Positions 31,492-44,697 of a stretch of 64,000 bases of DNA are shown one piece after another. Each line of letters opens with the position of its first letter. The first letter of the stretch is position 1. The translations under genes were made by a program, and so were the position numbers. Under the pieces are notes generated by a model, which saw only the letters and a program-made list of their open reading frames with translations, made no database searches and was not told the DNA's origin. The stretch comes from the human T2T-CHM13v2.0 reference genome, Homo sapiens, in NCBI RefSeq assembly GCF_009914755.1, contig NC_060942.1; one strand, written 5' to 3'.

Positions 31492-32330
31492 GTAGGAAGC
31501 CAGGACAACCTCATACAGAGATCTATATAGCTGAGTTTACGTAATTTATTTATTGTCCTATAATTACTGAATAAAATGTATATGTTTCTATGTCTGCATC
31601 TAAACTATTATTTTCTGAAACATAAAGGTTTGTAAAGGAATTATGCAGTTAGGTATAAAAATGTTTGTACTCCACCTTCCTGGAACTCCAAACAAAATCA
31701 CTCAGAAACTAACAGTTTACCACAGAAATTCAGCCTACCCAGCTCACCAGCTTACTGGAGCTCATATGAAAATCTTCCCAGCAAGATCCCCACCATATTT
31801 GTGCTGCCTCCAGATGTGTCTATAAAAGGCTTAAAGTCCAATAAGATACATTGAAAATTATTTTCTCCTGAACACCAGAAAGCAGAAGACAGTTGGTCTT
31901 GGGACACCGGAAACCTAATTTCTCTATGGACCTGAGGAAGAACCCAACTCAGTTTAAAATTCTTGCACTTGACTCCCTCCACCTTGCTGCATCCCAAACT
32001 TCCTACCTGAGAGGTGAAGAATTTCTGTCTTTTCAGAAATTTCAAATCTTGAATATACAGAATTTTCAAAACTGTATATTCTTTAGAAATTCTCTCCTGT
32101 CTTTATTTCTATGACTCATTGAACACTCTTGTTTCACCTCTTACTCTTTTTTCTCAGTCTCATCCCTCTCCTCCCACTTCTACTGTATGTGTGCATACAC
32201 TCACACACACACACATGCTCCTCCCCCTCCTAGAATATAAATGTGAAATATATATTCTATATTGAAATATATATTATATATTAAAATATATAAATATATA
32301 AGCATATAAATACATATTTAAACTGCAAGG

Positions 32331-32842
32331 TTTTTGTTTGTTTGCAATAGGGTCGATATAGTTTGACTCAGTGTCTCCACCCAAATCTCATGTTGAATTG
32401 TAATCACCACATGTTGAAAGAGGGCCTAGTAGGAGGTGATTGAATCATGGGGCAGACTTCCCCTTTGCTGTTCTTGTGATGGAGCTCTCAGGAGATCTGG
32501 TTGTTTAAAAGTGCAGCACTTCCCCCTTCACTCTCCCTCCTCTCGCCACGTGAAGATGTGCTTGCTTCCCCTTCACCTTCCACAATGATTGTAAGTTTCC
32601 TGAGGCTTCCCCAGCCATGCCTCCTGTACAACCTATGGAACTGTGAGTCAATTAAACCTCTTTTCTGCATAAATTACACAGTCTAAGGTAGTTCTTTATA
32701 GCAGTGTGACAATGGACAAATATAGGGGTCTTGTTATATTGTATGTTGCCCCGGCTTATCTCAAACTCCCAGGCTCAAGTGATCCTCCCCACCTAGCCTT
32801 CCTAGTAGCTGGGATTACAGATGCTTGCCATCATGCCTGGCT
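32331..32842 (-). mobile_element. FLAM Alu monomer split by an MST LTR
   Basis: T-rich tail plus agggt before the LTR; ggggtcttg...tgttgcccc...gcctggc after it. Confidence 0.7.
32354..32724 (+). mobile_element. MaLR solo LTR (MSTA-like)
   Basis: gatatagtttg...ccaaatctcatgttgaattgtaatc...gtgagtcaattaaacctctttt; TSD agggt/ggggt. Confidence 0.88.
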
Positions 32843-32868
32843 CTTTCATGTGTTTTATGTAACCACTT

Positions 32869-33691
32869 TGTACTAGGTTCCTCTTGCTGCTGCAAAAAAT
32901 AATAATAATTTTTTTAAAATACCAGAAACTTAATGGTTTAAAACAGTAAGAATTTATTCTCTTATAGTTCTGGAGGCCAGAAGTCTGAAATCAGTTATTT
33001 CTGGGCTAAATTCAAGGTGTCAGCAGGGTTGGTTCTTTGTGAAGGCTCTAGGTGAGAATCTGTTCTTTGACTCTTCCATATTCTAAAGGCTTCCAGCATT
33101 CCCTGAGTTGTGGCTGTATCACTCTAATCTTTGCTTCCATCATCACATAGCCTTTTCTTCATCTGTAGTCAATCTCCTTCTGCCTCCTTCCATAAGGACA
33201 CGTGTGATTACATTTACAGCCCACCAGAATAGTCTAGGATAATCTTCCCTTTTCCAGGTCCTGAATTTACTTAAATCTGAAAAGTCTCTCTCTCTCTCTC
33301 TCTTTTTTTTTTTTTTTTTTTGAGATAGAGTCTCACTGTGTCACCCAGGCTGGAGTGCAGTGGTGCAATCTAGGCTCACTGAAGCCTCCACCTTCTGGGT
33401 TCAAGCGATTCTCTTGCCTCAGCCTCCAGAATAGCCAGGATTACAGGTGCCACCATTCCTGGCTAGTTTTTATACTTTTAGTACAGACAGGGTTTCACCA
33501 CATTGGCCAGGCTGGTCTCAAGCTCCTGACCTCAAGTGATCTGCCTGCCTCAGCCTCCCAAAGTGCTGGGGTTTTAGGTATGAGCCACCACACCCAGCCT
33601 GAAAAGTCTCTTTTGGCCTAGAAGGTACCAACCACTGGTTCAAAGCATGAATATATGGATATCTTTGGGGGTCATTATTCAGTCTATTATG
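32869..33691 (-). mobile_element. MaLR solo LTR (MLT1B/C-like) with nested Alu
   Basis: agttctggaggccagaagtctgaaatc...ataaggacac..gtgattaca. Confidence 0.8.
33290..33599 (-). mobile_element. AluS (Sz/Sx-like)
   Basis: Antisense dimer; TSD tgaaaagtctct. Confidence 0.93.
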
Positions 33692-33959
33692 CCCTGCTTT
33701 CTCTGATCTTTTGCTTATGATCTTTGTGGTAATATCTTCTCTCTCTGATTGCCTTCTTTATTCAGAGGACTTCTATTGTGAATATCCAGGGGAGATTGTT
33801 GATCTAATACCCAACCCTGACTTTACAAGTAGCTGTTGTACTGTTACCCTCAGATGATATGAACAAAGCAAACTGAAAACACTTGAAATTTAAATCAAAG
33901 AATTTTTCCTCTTTCCCTCACAGAGACAGAAAAGTATCTCTCATTTTCATTGTTACCTA

Positions 33960-34340
33960 TTTTTGAGCCTTGGATAATATTGACTCAGACATTTCCCTTT
34001 TCCCCATAACTTTTCTCAGTTAGAGTCTAGAGAATCTTCCTTTGATGTAAATTATGCTCTCCCTGGTGTCTTTCCAATGGCTGCCACAGTTAAAATCCCT
34101 ATTGTACTGTGCCTCACATTATTTTAACAACCTCTTAATGAATTTCTCTGCCCCTAGTCTCTCCCTGTTCCACCTTATCATGTATATGCTTCTGGAAGAG
34201 TTGTCCTTTCCAATTACTTTGACTAGTGTCATTTTCTTCCTCAAAACCTTCAATGGTTTCTCAATGCCCCAAGTCCCAAATTTTTAAGCCTTCATCCAAC
34301 TAAAGTAGTCACCCCTACTTTTTCAGATGCACACTATTTT
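33960..34340. mobile_element. L2 remnant
   Basis: caacctcttaatgaatttctctgcccctagtctc...ctcaaaaccttcaatggtttc. Confidence 0.5.
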
Positions 34341-35833
34341 CTGCTATTAATAATCTCTACTTATTACAAGCAATCCTGTAGACTCCCCTTTGTGGATTTA
34401 CTGATGTGATTCTTTAACCTTGAAATCACTTCTCAGACATTCTTCTCTCTAAAGTTCATATCAAGTGCTTTCCCCGATCACTCAAGCCAGCTACCTCTTT
34501 TCTTAAAGTAAAATTATTTTATGGCAAATTCCTCTATATACACTTATAAGTATTAGATATTCAGAACATATTTGTTACATAGATTAACCAGAAAAGTGCC
34601 TAGAAAGTGGAAATAAGTAAGGTATGATTCACAAAACCTTTACTATTTCAAATGTTTGCAATATGTATTCTTTTGAATGAGCCAGAAAACATTTTCTCAT
34701 AGGAATGTTTAAAAATTCTCTCACATGACTTTTTAAAATTGACTTTTAATTTTCTTGGGCATCAGTTTCTCAACTAACTTATCTTGGGCCTGCATTTCAA
34801 AAGCAGGAAGGAAACTTCACACACACAAAAATTAAAGTTCTGTCTTTCTTATCTTTTGCATATCAACTGAGTTTGATGGATACCAAGAGACATATATCAG
34901 ATGCTGAGCAGGATCCCATTGAGAGTTCCCATGGCACTTCAGTCACTTAGTCATGATCTATGCTCTCAACAGTTGAAGATAATGACTTCAGGAACAATCT
35001 TTCACAGGTTTCACATTAAATGAGACGAAAGTGCAGGCGCGGCATTAAAGCACCTTGTTATTTGCAGAGTACTTAGAGTAACCTTAAATATGGAGATGAT
35101 CAAATTTCATGACCTTTAGTTTTAATTCTTCCATCTTATCTTTGTGTGCAATTCCTATTTTTAATAAAGATGTGTGTATGTATGTGAGTGTGTATGTGCA
35201 TGTTTCTGCCTAAATTAACTTAGACACTTAATACATTAACACTTTAGAGTTAAACACAAAAGCCTGAAAATGACAATATAAATATGCTTATTTTTATTGT
35301 AAGCTTATCTATATTACTTTTATGACTGTATACTTTTAAGAGACTATTATTTTTAAAGTGTGCTGGGGCACATTACAATATTAAAAGACTCAATCTTTGA
35401 TTTTCTTTTTATTGCTTTGCATATTTCAGTTTATAATAAAATGAAGAGCTAGCTCATTAAATTCTATTTTTGACAAGATGTTTTATTTTTAAGATTAGTC
35501 ACTAATAGAAAACTCTCCTATGACAACAATGGAAAAGCCTTCTCTAGAGTATTAAACAGTTCTCAAAAGAAGGTAAAAGAATTTGAAAAGAATAGGCCCT
35601 AAGAGAGTGAATTTGTGTATATTTGTCCAGAAAAAATCACATATTCTTGTTGAAATCCATAAGCACACAGCAAATAAGTGCTTACTACATTTGATGAACT
35701 AATATCCATAGGTCCACATAGATCAACAAGATAAAGTATCATGCCACACACCTGAAGAAAATAATATTCCTCAAGCTCCATTCCCAGTAAAAGCTGAGAA
35801 TGTGAACTTCCTCATAATAGTACTAGAATAATT

Positions 35834-35947
35834 GTGAGGCTGAGGCAGACGGATCGCTTCTTCTCAGGAGTTGGAGGCTATAGTGAGCTATGATTGCACC
35901 ACTGCACTCTAGCCTGAGTGACACAGTGAAACCCTGTGTCAAAACAA
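35834..35947 (+). mobile_element. FRAM/AluJ right-arm fragment, followed by (TA)n at ~35965-36010
   Basis: gtgagctatgattgcaccactgcactctagcctg. Confidence 0.8.
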
Positions 35948-35960
35948 AGTGTTTATATAG

Positions 35961-36005
<45 letters not shown>

Positions 36006-36239
36006 TATATAAAATTTGAAGTTTTTTAAAAGCACTGGAATAAATAACATCTTGCATTTAAGGCCTTTCTGACTAAATCTACCCAAGTTACATAACTCAT
36101 ATACTGTCTGCTGCAAATGGACCCTAAAACAGCATTCTGGTTTGTAGAAAATATCAGTGAATAAAAACAAGAAAGAGAAAGAAGCAGAGAGAAAGGAGAG
36201 AGAACAGTAAACCTGGGTTAACCTAAATAATATACATAT

Positions 36240-36543
36240 TTTTATTTTTTATTATTATGATTTGTTGAGACGGCGTCTTGCCCTGTCCCCCAGGCTGGAG
36301 TGCAGTGGTGCAATCTCAGCTCACTGCAACCTCTCAGCTCAAAGGATTCTTGTGCTTCAGCCTCCTGAGTAGCTGGGATTACAGGTGTGCACCATCACGC
36401 TTGGCTAATTTTTTTGTATTTTTAGTAGAGGCGGGGTTTCACCATGTTGGCCAGATTGGACTAGAACTCCTGGCCTCAAGTCATCTGCCTGCTTTGGCCT
36501 CCTAAAATGATGGGATTACAGATGGTAGCCACTGTGCCTAGCC
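36240..36543 (-). mobile_element. Diverged Alu (J or old S)
   Basis: Antisense dimer; TSD-like aatatacatattt/aatatatgtattt. Confidence 0.9.
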
Positions 36544-36599
36544 AATATATGTATTTTTAAATACTCCTGCAGTAGAAAATAATTTGACATACTTTTTTC

Positions 36600-38350
36600 A
36601 CTTTTTTTTGTTTGTTTAAAGACTTCACTGTTTTATATAGAAGTTTTAAGTTCACAGCACAATTAACTGGAAGGTACAGAAATTTCCTATATACCCCTGC
36701 CCACCCCAATATGCATAGCCTCTCTTATTATCAGTGTCCCCTGCCAGAATGGTCTATTTGTTACAATTGATGAAGCAACATTGATACATCATAATCTCCC
36801 AAGGAGACTAAAGTCCTGTAGGTACATATAGGACCTATCGGACTACAGGTACAGCTAATAAACTGCCCATCTCCTGTGTTTCAATGTAAAGATCATCCAA
36901 AGACTGATTCTCTTTGGGTTACCATACTTGCCTGTTTGGATTTTTGAAATCTACTGATGAAATGGGAAAAGTCCCCTTATACTCCTCACAGGGCATGCGA
37001 TGGGGATGCGGCTCATTTCTTTGGTGTCCCACTGCTCAAATTTCTAGGGGGAGCATGAAGACTGGCAGGTTGTGGGGCTCCAACCCCACAGCAGTGTCTG
37101 GGGTGAATGTTGACAGCTGAAACCCAGTGGACGTGTGTTACAGTATGCTCTTTCAGTTTAGCCAACTATAGGTGGCTTGTGTTAGTCAGCTCAGTTAGAC
37201 CCTCTGCCTTATTGCAAGGACAGAAGGCTTTCTGTATGCCGGGGTTTCTTGCCTTGGTGTACCAGAAGAATTGGATCACACATGGACTTGAAGAGTGAAT
37301 GCAAGGTTTTATTGAGTGCAGGCAGTCTCAGCAGATGGAGGAGCCAGAAGGGAGATGGAAGAGGAAGGTGGTTTTCTTCTGGAGTGGGGCTACTCAGCAG
37401 CCGGGTTCTCCTCCGACTGCCCTGGCCAAACTCCACATCATTTTGCCAACTGATGGCCTGCCGGCCTGCAGGCACCTGTCAGTGTGCTCTTACGTTGGTG
37501 CGTTCCTCTCGACATCCAGTCACTTGTGTCTTCTTGGGCTGGTGTGTTTCTCTCTAAGTCCAGCCACTTGTGTCTCTGCCCACTAGGGTCTTGGGGTTTT
37601 TACAGGCACAGGATGACGGCAAGGCAGGTCAGGGTGGATTTGGGCATGAAAACAGAAATGCCTGTCCTCACCTAGCTCCGTAGGCAAAGGCCCAAGATAG
37701 AGCCCTAGCCACGGACTACGCCCTTCCCTTTCCAGCACTTCCCTGCCCCCATCCCTATCACTTATATGGGCTGACATAACACATTAGCAACAAGAAAAGT
37801 TCACAGAAAGACAAGTGTGAGAAAGTATGCCAAAGTCCATTGTTTACATGTTAGTGTTCACTCTTGATATATTTTGTATAATGACATATTTCTACCATTA
37901 TATTATAATACAGAGTATTTTATGGCCCTAAACATCTTCTGTGCTCTGCCTGATCATCCCTCACTCCCCGTTAACCCCTGGCAACAACTGATCTTTTTAG
38001 TGACTCCACAGTTGCACCTTTTCCAGAATGTCATATTAGAATCACATAATATGTATCCTTTGGAGTTTGGCTTCTTTACTTAGTAATATGCATTTAGGTT
38101 TCCTCCATGTTTTTTTCATGCTTCATAGCTCATTTCTTTTTAGAGCTGAATAATATTCTACTGTCTGGATATGCCACAGCTTATATATTTATTCACCTGC
38201 TGAAGGGCATTTGATTGCTTCCAAGTTTGGGAAATTATGAATAAAGATGCTATAAATATTTGTGTACAAGTTTTCACGTGAACATGTTTCCAACACCTTT
38301 AGGAGCATGACTGAAGGACCATATGTTAAGAGTATGTTTATTTTCCCTTT
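36600..38350 (-). mobile_element. L1MC1-like 3' end, interrupted at 36802/37835
   Basis: ttgttacaattgatga..cattgatacatcataatctcccaa | agtccattgtttaca...cccctggcaacaactgatcttttt...ttccagaatgtcata. Confidence 0.8.
36958..37760 (-). mobile_element. ERV1 solo LTR (LTR9/LTR1, HUERS-P type)
   Basis: Minus strand TGATAGGGATGGGGGCAGGGAAGTGCTGG...CTTTTCCCATTTCA; 4-bp TSD ctga/ctta. Confidence 0.85.
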
Positions 38351-38450
38351 CTTCACTTTTAAATAAGATTTAAGCAAAGCTCTCAATAATCAAATGTTTC
38401 TCTTTTTTTGTATAATATGACTCATTGTTTTCCCTCTCTATTTTGTGCTA

Positions 38451-38799
38451 TGATATGGTTTGGCTCCGGGTCGCCACCCAAATCTCATCTCAAATTGTAA
38501 TTCCCACATGTTGAGGGAGAGGGGTGTTTGGATCATGGGAGTGGTTTCCCCCATGCTGCTCTCATGAGAGTGAGTGTGTTCTCACAAGATCTGAAGGTTT
38601 TATAAGGCATTCTTCCCCTTTTGCCTTCTTCTCTCTCCTGCTGCCAAGTAGGATGTGCCTACTTCCCATATGGCCATCATTGTAAGTTTCCTGAGGCCTC
38701 CCCAGGCATGTGCAACTGTAAGTCAATTAAACTTATTTCCTTTATAAATTACCCCATCTCGGGTATTTCTTTATAGCAGTGTGAAAATGGACTAATACG
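38451..38799 (+). mobile_element. MaLR solo LTR (THE1D-like)
   Basis: tgatatggtttggct...gtgtgaaaatggactaatac; perfect 5-bp TSD tgcta. Confidence 0.9.
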
Positions 38800-39839
38800 T
38801 GCTACTATCAGAGATAACCTGATATACCTATTTTGCTACCTGGCTACTTCCAAGTAAATTTATCAGTAAGAGAGCAGACTGTCCTGAATTCTCTCATGTT
38901 ATAGCTGGTTGTTCTGAGAAAGACACTGCAATCTACATTCAGTTGTATACGGTCCCTAACAACATCATTATCAATTTCCCTTCCCAGTTCACTCTTGATC
39001 TTCTCCTAATTATGTATATATTTTCCAAGTGTTTTTGTATCCTTTTCATGTATGTTTCCTTGTTTTGCTATTAAAAATGTAAGTTCATTGAGGGAAATCA
39101 CTGTATCATGCAATCATGTTGGAATTTTGGGCTTTATCAACACAAGATAGGTAAATATATTATTTGCAGGCAATGAATGTTGTTAACTGACCGGCAACCA
39201 TTTATTTCCTAAATAAAAATGTCACATTACGAAGTGGATTTTGAAAGACTCTGAAGATTACTCCTGAAACTTGGCACCTCCTCCAAGTTAACATAGTCAC
39301 ATTTATAGGACTATAGGTACAGCTAATAAACTGCCCATCTCCTATGTTTCAATTTAAAGATCTTCCAAAGGCTGGTTCTCTTTGGGTCACCACACTTGCC
39401 AGTTTGGACTTTTGAAACCTACTAACATGGGCTGACATAACAAATTAGCAACAAGAAAAGTTCACAGAAGGACAAGTGTGAGAAAGTGTGCCAAATATAT
39501 TAGCATTCGTTTTGCAACCTTGTCTCCAGTTTGTGTGAAGTTGATGGCTGGAGGTTACGCTTTCATTAAAAATTGACAACATTTTAAATGCTAATCAAAA
39601 CTGCTTGTACTTTCTACTTCTATTTATCTTGAAAGGGCAAAAAAAGAGAGAAGGAAAAAAAAGATGGCTTGCTTTGAACTGCAACAAATATTCTCTCCAT
39701 TGCCCCCCAGACCCCATTGCCTCCTCCTGTGTAGGACAGATAAGAGCTATGCAGATTGAGTGTCAGGACCTCAGCCTGAAGTGTGAAGGCACCACAACGC
39801 GAGTTAGAGATGTGTTTTCCAGAGGACAAGAGAGGAAGA

Positions 39840-39863
39840 TGTGTGTGTGTGTGTGTGTGTGTG
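39840..39863. repeat. (TG)12 microsatellite
   Basis: Direct reading. Confidence 0.9.
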
Positions 39864-42439
39864 TACGAAGGGGTGGCCTTTTCATGTGAGTCTTTTTGAT
39901 TGTTGAGGAAGAATTGTGGAGGTGTAGTTGGCTTTACAGTGGGTAAAAGGGAGAAACACATATTTTCAGAAAAGAAGAGCCATATGGTATGTGAGCAAAT
40001 AACAAAATCAGAAATTATAAAATTAAAGAAGAAGGGTAAAAAAGCTGTCTCAAGCATGGAAAGCAAAGAATGATCACTGGTGAACCATCAGAAATAGTAT
40101 ACTTCATTTCAGACCATCCTCAGGAAGGAGTGAAGAGGGTGCAGGAAAATGCTTGACTCAAATTTTTATACAAATCTAAGGCTGAGAGTGTGCAGAACAG
40201 TGCTTTTCAGTGTTCTACATGGAAATACTTTCTTTTCACTCATTGTTGTCTGGCTCTTCAGAGCTCCAGAAGATACTAAAAATAGAGGAGAGTGAAAATA
40301 CAATTCAAAGGGAAAATATTTCAGAATTTAGTATACAATGAAAGATAGCCTATATTTAAAAGCAGAAATTGTTCAGTTAGTTTAGTTGGGCTTCCTGGTT
40401 AAATCAAGTTACAAACTTAAATGTTTAATCTGTTACTAAATTAATGATTCATTGGACCAACAAGCCTAAGTGTGTGTGTGTGTGTTTGTCCACATGTGTA
40501 TGCATATGCGTGGATGCATGTGTATGTGTAATTTTGTCAAAAGAGCTTAGTAACCTATAACTAAGAGGGTATGAATAGAATAGTTCTCCTCAATGCAGAC
40601 CTATGATTTAAATCTGTGTTTCTCAAATGGTGCCCTATTTGTATTCTCTACAGTATAATTATTTGCTAGGTAGAACTCTCCTGCGAATGTCAGAAATGTG
40701 CTGTTCAAGATGCCACTGAGAATGGCGAGACATCAACCTGGAAAGATTTTATCACCATCATTCATCATTTCCTCATCCTCTTCCTCTTCATCTCCTTTTT
40801 TCTACCATTTTATCCCTTCCATCCCCTTTATCTCCTTTGTCTCCTTCATCGTCATCAGGTGCTGCAATGAAGTTAATGTGCCTCATCTCATTTAATTATT
40901 CCAACAATTTGGACACATAAGTACTATTACCTCTAATACAAACTGGGACATTGAAGGTTAAGTCATCTTTCCAGTGAGGGCTGAGCTAGAACTTAAAACC
41001 CGACATAGGTGAAAATAAGGCAAAGGCTCTCTACCATTAAACTAAAACCAGACCTTCCTTAGTAACCCATTACTGATCTTTATTCAGATATGAATCTTTG
41101 TCTGAGTCTATTTATATTTTTAATGAATAGCAAAATTTGGATAATGAGTTCCATAAGTTTATCCCCCACTGTGTTAAAAAATAGTTCTTTCCATTTATCC
41201 TAAATCCTCCTTTTTTAAGCTTCAAAGGGGACCCTTTGTTCTGGAATTTGATGAATAAGACCATCTCAATTCTCTCTATTCTTTTCAGTTTTATAGACTT
41301 GTAGACTTTGAGTCTATTCAGCTTTGACTTTTACAGACTGAAGAGCCTGATTATATGATATCCTCAAAGAAAATATCTCCATTTATTTGGTCACTTTCAT
41401 TGCTGTATTCTCTAAACTGTCTCTAGCTATCTTTGAAACAAAAGACAGTTTAAACATAACACAACCAAGTAGAGCATGGCTAATGCCTGAAGTGGAGCTT
41501 GGCAACGTGGACTGGGCTGCGTTGTCACTAACCTTTCTATTAAGGTAATATCATAGCTAACCTAACACCTGAGGCTCAGTTTGTGCCTGCAGGAAAAGCA
41601 TGATTTTAAATAAATGCAGATTATTCACTGCTCCAATAAAACGGCTCCTTTTTTTTCCCCCAGATTTTGAAATCTGATTTTAAAGGTTGTTCGACTGTTT
41701 GAAAATACAAATGGCCTATAGGAAGGGCAGTGCATCACTGTTCTGTTTTGTCTTTTTAATTATTAAAATCTCCACATGTTGTCATATTCCTGAAACTGGA
41801 TTTCTGAATTATATTGTAATATGGAGAGACGTCAATATTTCTAGAGCTCCTGGCCCTGCTTGAGAAAACTAGATGGGAGAAAACACTCCACTGACTCTGC
41901 TGGGGAAGAAAGAAGTGGCACAAAGTCATTACATCTGACAGTGGACAGTGGCTCTTGAAGGTGTGCCAGAAGTAGGGTAAGGGCCAATGAAGGTAAAAGG
42001 AAAGGCATAATTCACCTGAAAATAACGTTGTCTTTCCCACCAAGGCAGCTGAAGGTACAAATATTTCTTCCAGATTTGCTTCCATCTTTGTATGCGGCTA
42101 CTCACTGTGCTTGGCTTAAAATCGCCATGCTTGAGTTTTCTGAGCTCAAAGACCATCTGATACCTGGATTTGTGTGAGGAAAACAGCTTGCAAAAATTAC
42201 AGGGAGGTGCTTTGCATCAATAAATGCAATTTATATGCTAAATAATCACATCAATAGATAAAGTCTCCTTCCAGTTTCTCAATTCTATTATCGTGTTTAA
42301 ATTTCAGAACAAAAATATAGTGAAATATATTTTTTAGGGTTTTATAAAGAGGAGGTCTTAGAAACATGACAAGGATTCTTTTCCTGACATTATAATTGCA
42401 ACAACAAGCCTGAGCTGTTACAGTCACCTTTTACCCTTC

Positions 42440-42600
42440 TCAATGACATGGTACGTGCTATCATTTCATTAATATAATTTTATAGGTAGAGAAACTCAGG
42501 ATACAGAGAGGTGAAGTCATTTCTCCAAGGTCACACTGTCAGTGCTAGGAATACAGCTAAGAAAAGACAACTAATTCTTAATTCAAATAATACTATTTAA
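42440..42600 (-). mobile_element. MIR SINE
   Basis: ttttataggtagagaaactcaggatacagagaggtgaagtcatttctccaaggtcacac. Confidence 0.65.
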
Positions 42601-44697
42601 GCTGATGAGCTACTCCTGTGATCAATAAAATGGAGGCCCAAGCTCAATATGGACAACCAGAGTGTCAAATCAAGACATAAGTGAGAGACACAGCAGTGGA
42701 AATATCCTGCTGCTTATGATAATAATGGAGGGCCACATCAGCATATTCTGTAACTGGAAACTGTTCAATTAAGTATTCATTTCATTTCACAGTCATTTTT
42801 GAAAAATAAATCTGTGTATCTTTATACCTTTAAGCTCAGTAGTTTTATGCATTAGGTTGATGTGCATAACAAAATGGGGACTATTTTTTAAATTGCCAGA
42901 TAAGAGCTAGTATGTCGCTACTATTTATATATTGAAGTTGTAACAATCATGTGCTTTTAATTCATTTCACCTTCAAAGATCTGAATGTTTCCAGTTTGTA
43001 ATATATTGCAGGATGTATTAGGTACACTGAGTCTGTCTGATTCACAGCTTTCTAATCGGCTATTTAGAGTTTATACCAAGCAGAAAATCAATGTACTCAA
43101 AATGTAGTAGCTCTCTTGTTAACTCTAGTCATTTGCTTACAGAGTAATGTCAAGCTGATAATTGAAATATGGCTTAAACTGTGCATTTTAATTCAAAAGA
43201 AAAAAATGTTTGAAATATTACTCATTTGATCTTTCCATACTCCAACCCCAAAGGACATATTTTGCCTGGCTGGCTCGACAATTGCACTCAGGGATAGCAA
43301 GGCCTTGCACATATGCCTACTGATGCTAGGGGTTGGAATTTATCCTCATCTCAGGGATGATTTAGCTTTGCTGAAAAGCTGTAGGGCTTCTAGAAAAACT
43401 GGTGGTTTGCCCTCCCTGAGAACTCTGGTTTATTTTCTGTTCATCGCTGGGGAAGTTGCTGTGCTGACTTTTATGGAGATGGTCCCGCCCTACGCACATG
43501 TGCCTTAAGGCTTTTCTGTCTTTAGCAACTGGGGGCTATTTGCTGTCAGATGGTGAGTGCAGTCCTGTGTTGAAATCTGAGCACCCAACACTTAAGAGAC
43601 TGAAAACAATCTTTGAAGTAAGTCCAAGGCATGGAGCACAGAATCATGCCAGTCAACTAAGAGTTAGGGGCAGACAAGATTTTAACCTAGAAAAATTTGG
43701 GGCAGGGGATAGAAATACCATAACAAATAGATTCAAATACGCCTAAAGCTATTATTTATATGAAGAATTTGGCTTATTCTGTGAGATCCAGTATGAATAA
43801 GGTTTAAAAAAATTGCAGAGAAAACTATCATACCAGAAAAAATATAATTTCTAGTAGTTAAAATGGTATGAATAATGAAATGGGATTAATTTATTGTTAT
43901 TACCTTTCTTGAGGCAACATTTTCATTGATAAACTGGATACTCAAGAAGTGTTTTGAAGACCCGATCCAAATACAACATTGCAGGATACAGGGAATAACT
44001 GATATTTAAGGTTGCACCTGCCCTCTCTGCTCTCCTAATGTCTTGTGCTTGAATTCTGGCTCCATTCCTTACCATCTTTTATTGAAATTTGTGGTGCCTT
44101 ATATAGTGCCTTGCACAAAGTAAGTACACAATAGTGTCTATTATCCTGATGATCAAAATAAAATGGGTGGAAAGGGAGATGCCACTAATAGCCAGACAAA
44201 GAATAAAGTCCTGGAGAGACTATGGGCTATTTCATTATTTATCTTTAGGTAGCCATCACCGCAGTTATAACAGACATATCTAAGTACACTCTGCCCAGAT
44301 TTGTGTCAATTCTTTCAAATGTTGAAGGCCAGCTAGCTCTATAATGAAACAGAAAGCTACTTAATATATGTTGAAACTATGTGTTGGGGCTGAGAAACAA
44401 TGGGGAAAAATAGCCCCTGTTGAATTTTCATCAAGAAAGCCAAAGATAATAAAACATAATTATCTTATGTGGAATATGGTCCAAATGTTGAAGTGAAAAT
44501 TTCCACTCCTGTTCACAAGGTCACTGGATCTGTATCCCACAATAAGACAAAATCAAAAGTAAGCCACCTTCCTGGCCTTCTCTCACCTTTAGGCATATCC
44601 ATCCCAAAGTTTACTTTTCTTTTGGAAGAGTGAAAGAACCTATAACAAAGAAGCAATGTGAGTTGATCAAAAAAAGATATCTTCAGGTTTGATTTGT

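Larger units (their letters stand above)
36836..39495 (+). repeat. Dispersed direct duplication: 39304-39495 copied at 36836-36957 plus 37761-37834
   Basis: ggtacagctaataaactgcccatctcct... and atgggctgacataaca(c/a)attagcaacaagaaaagttcacag occur in both copies. Confidence 0.95.
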
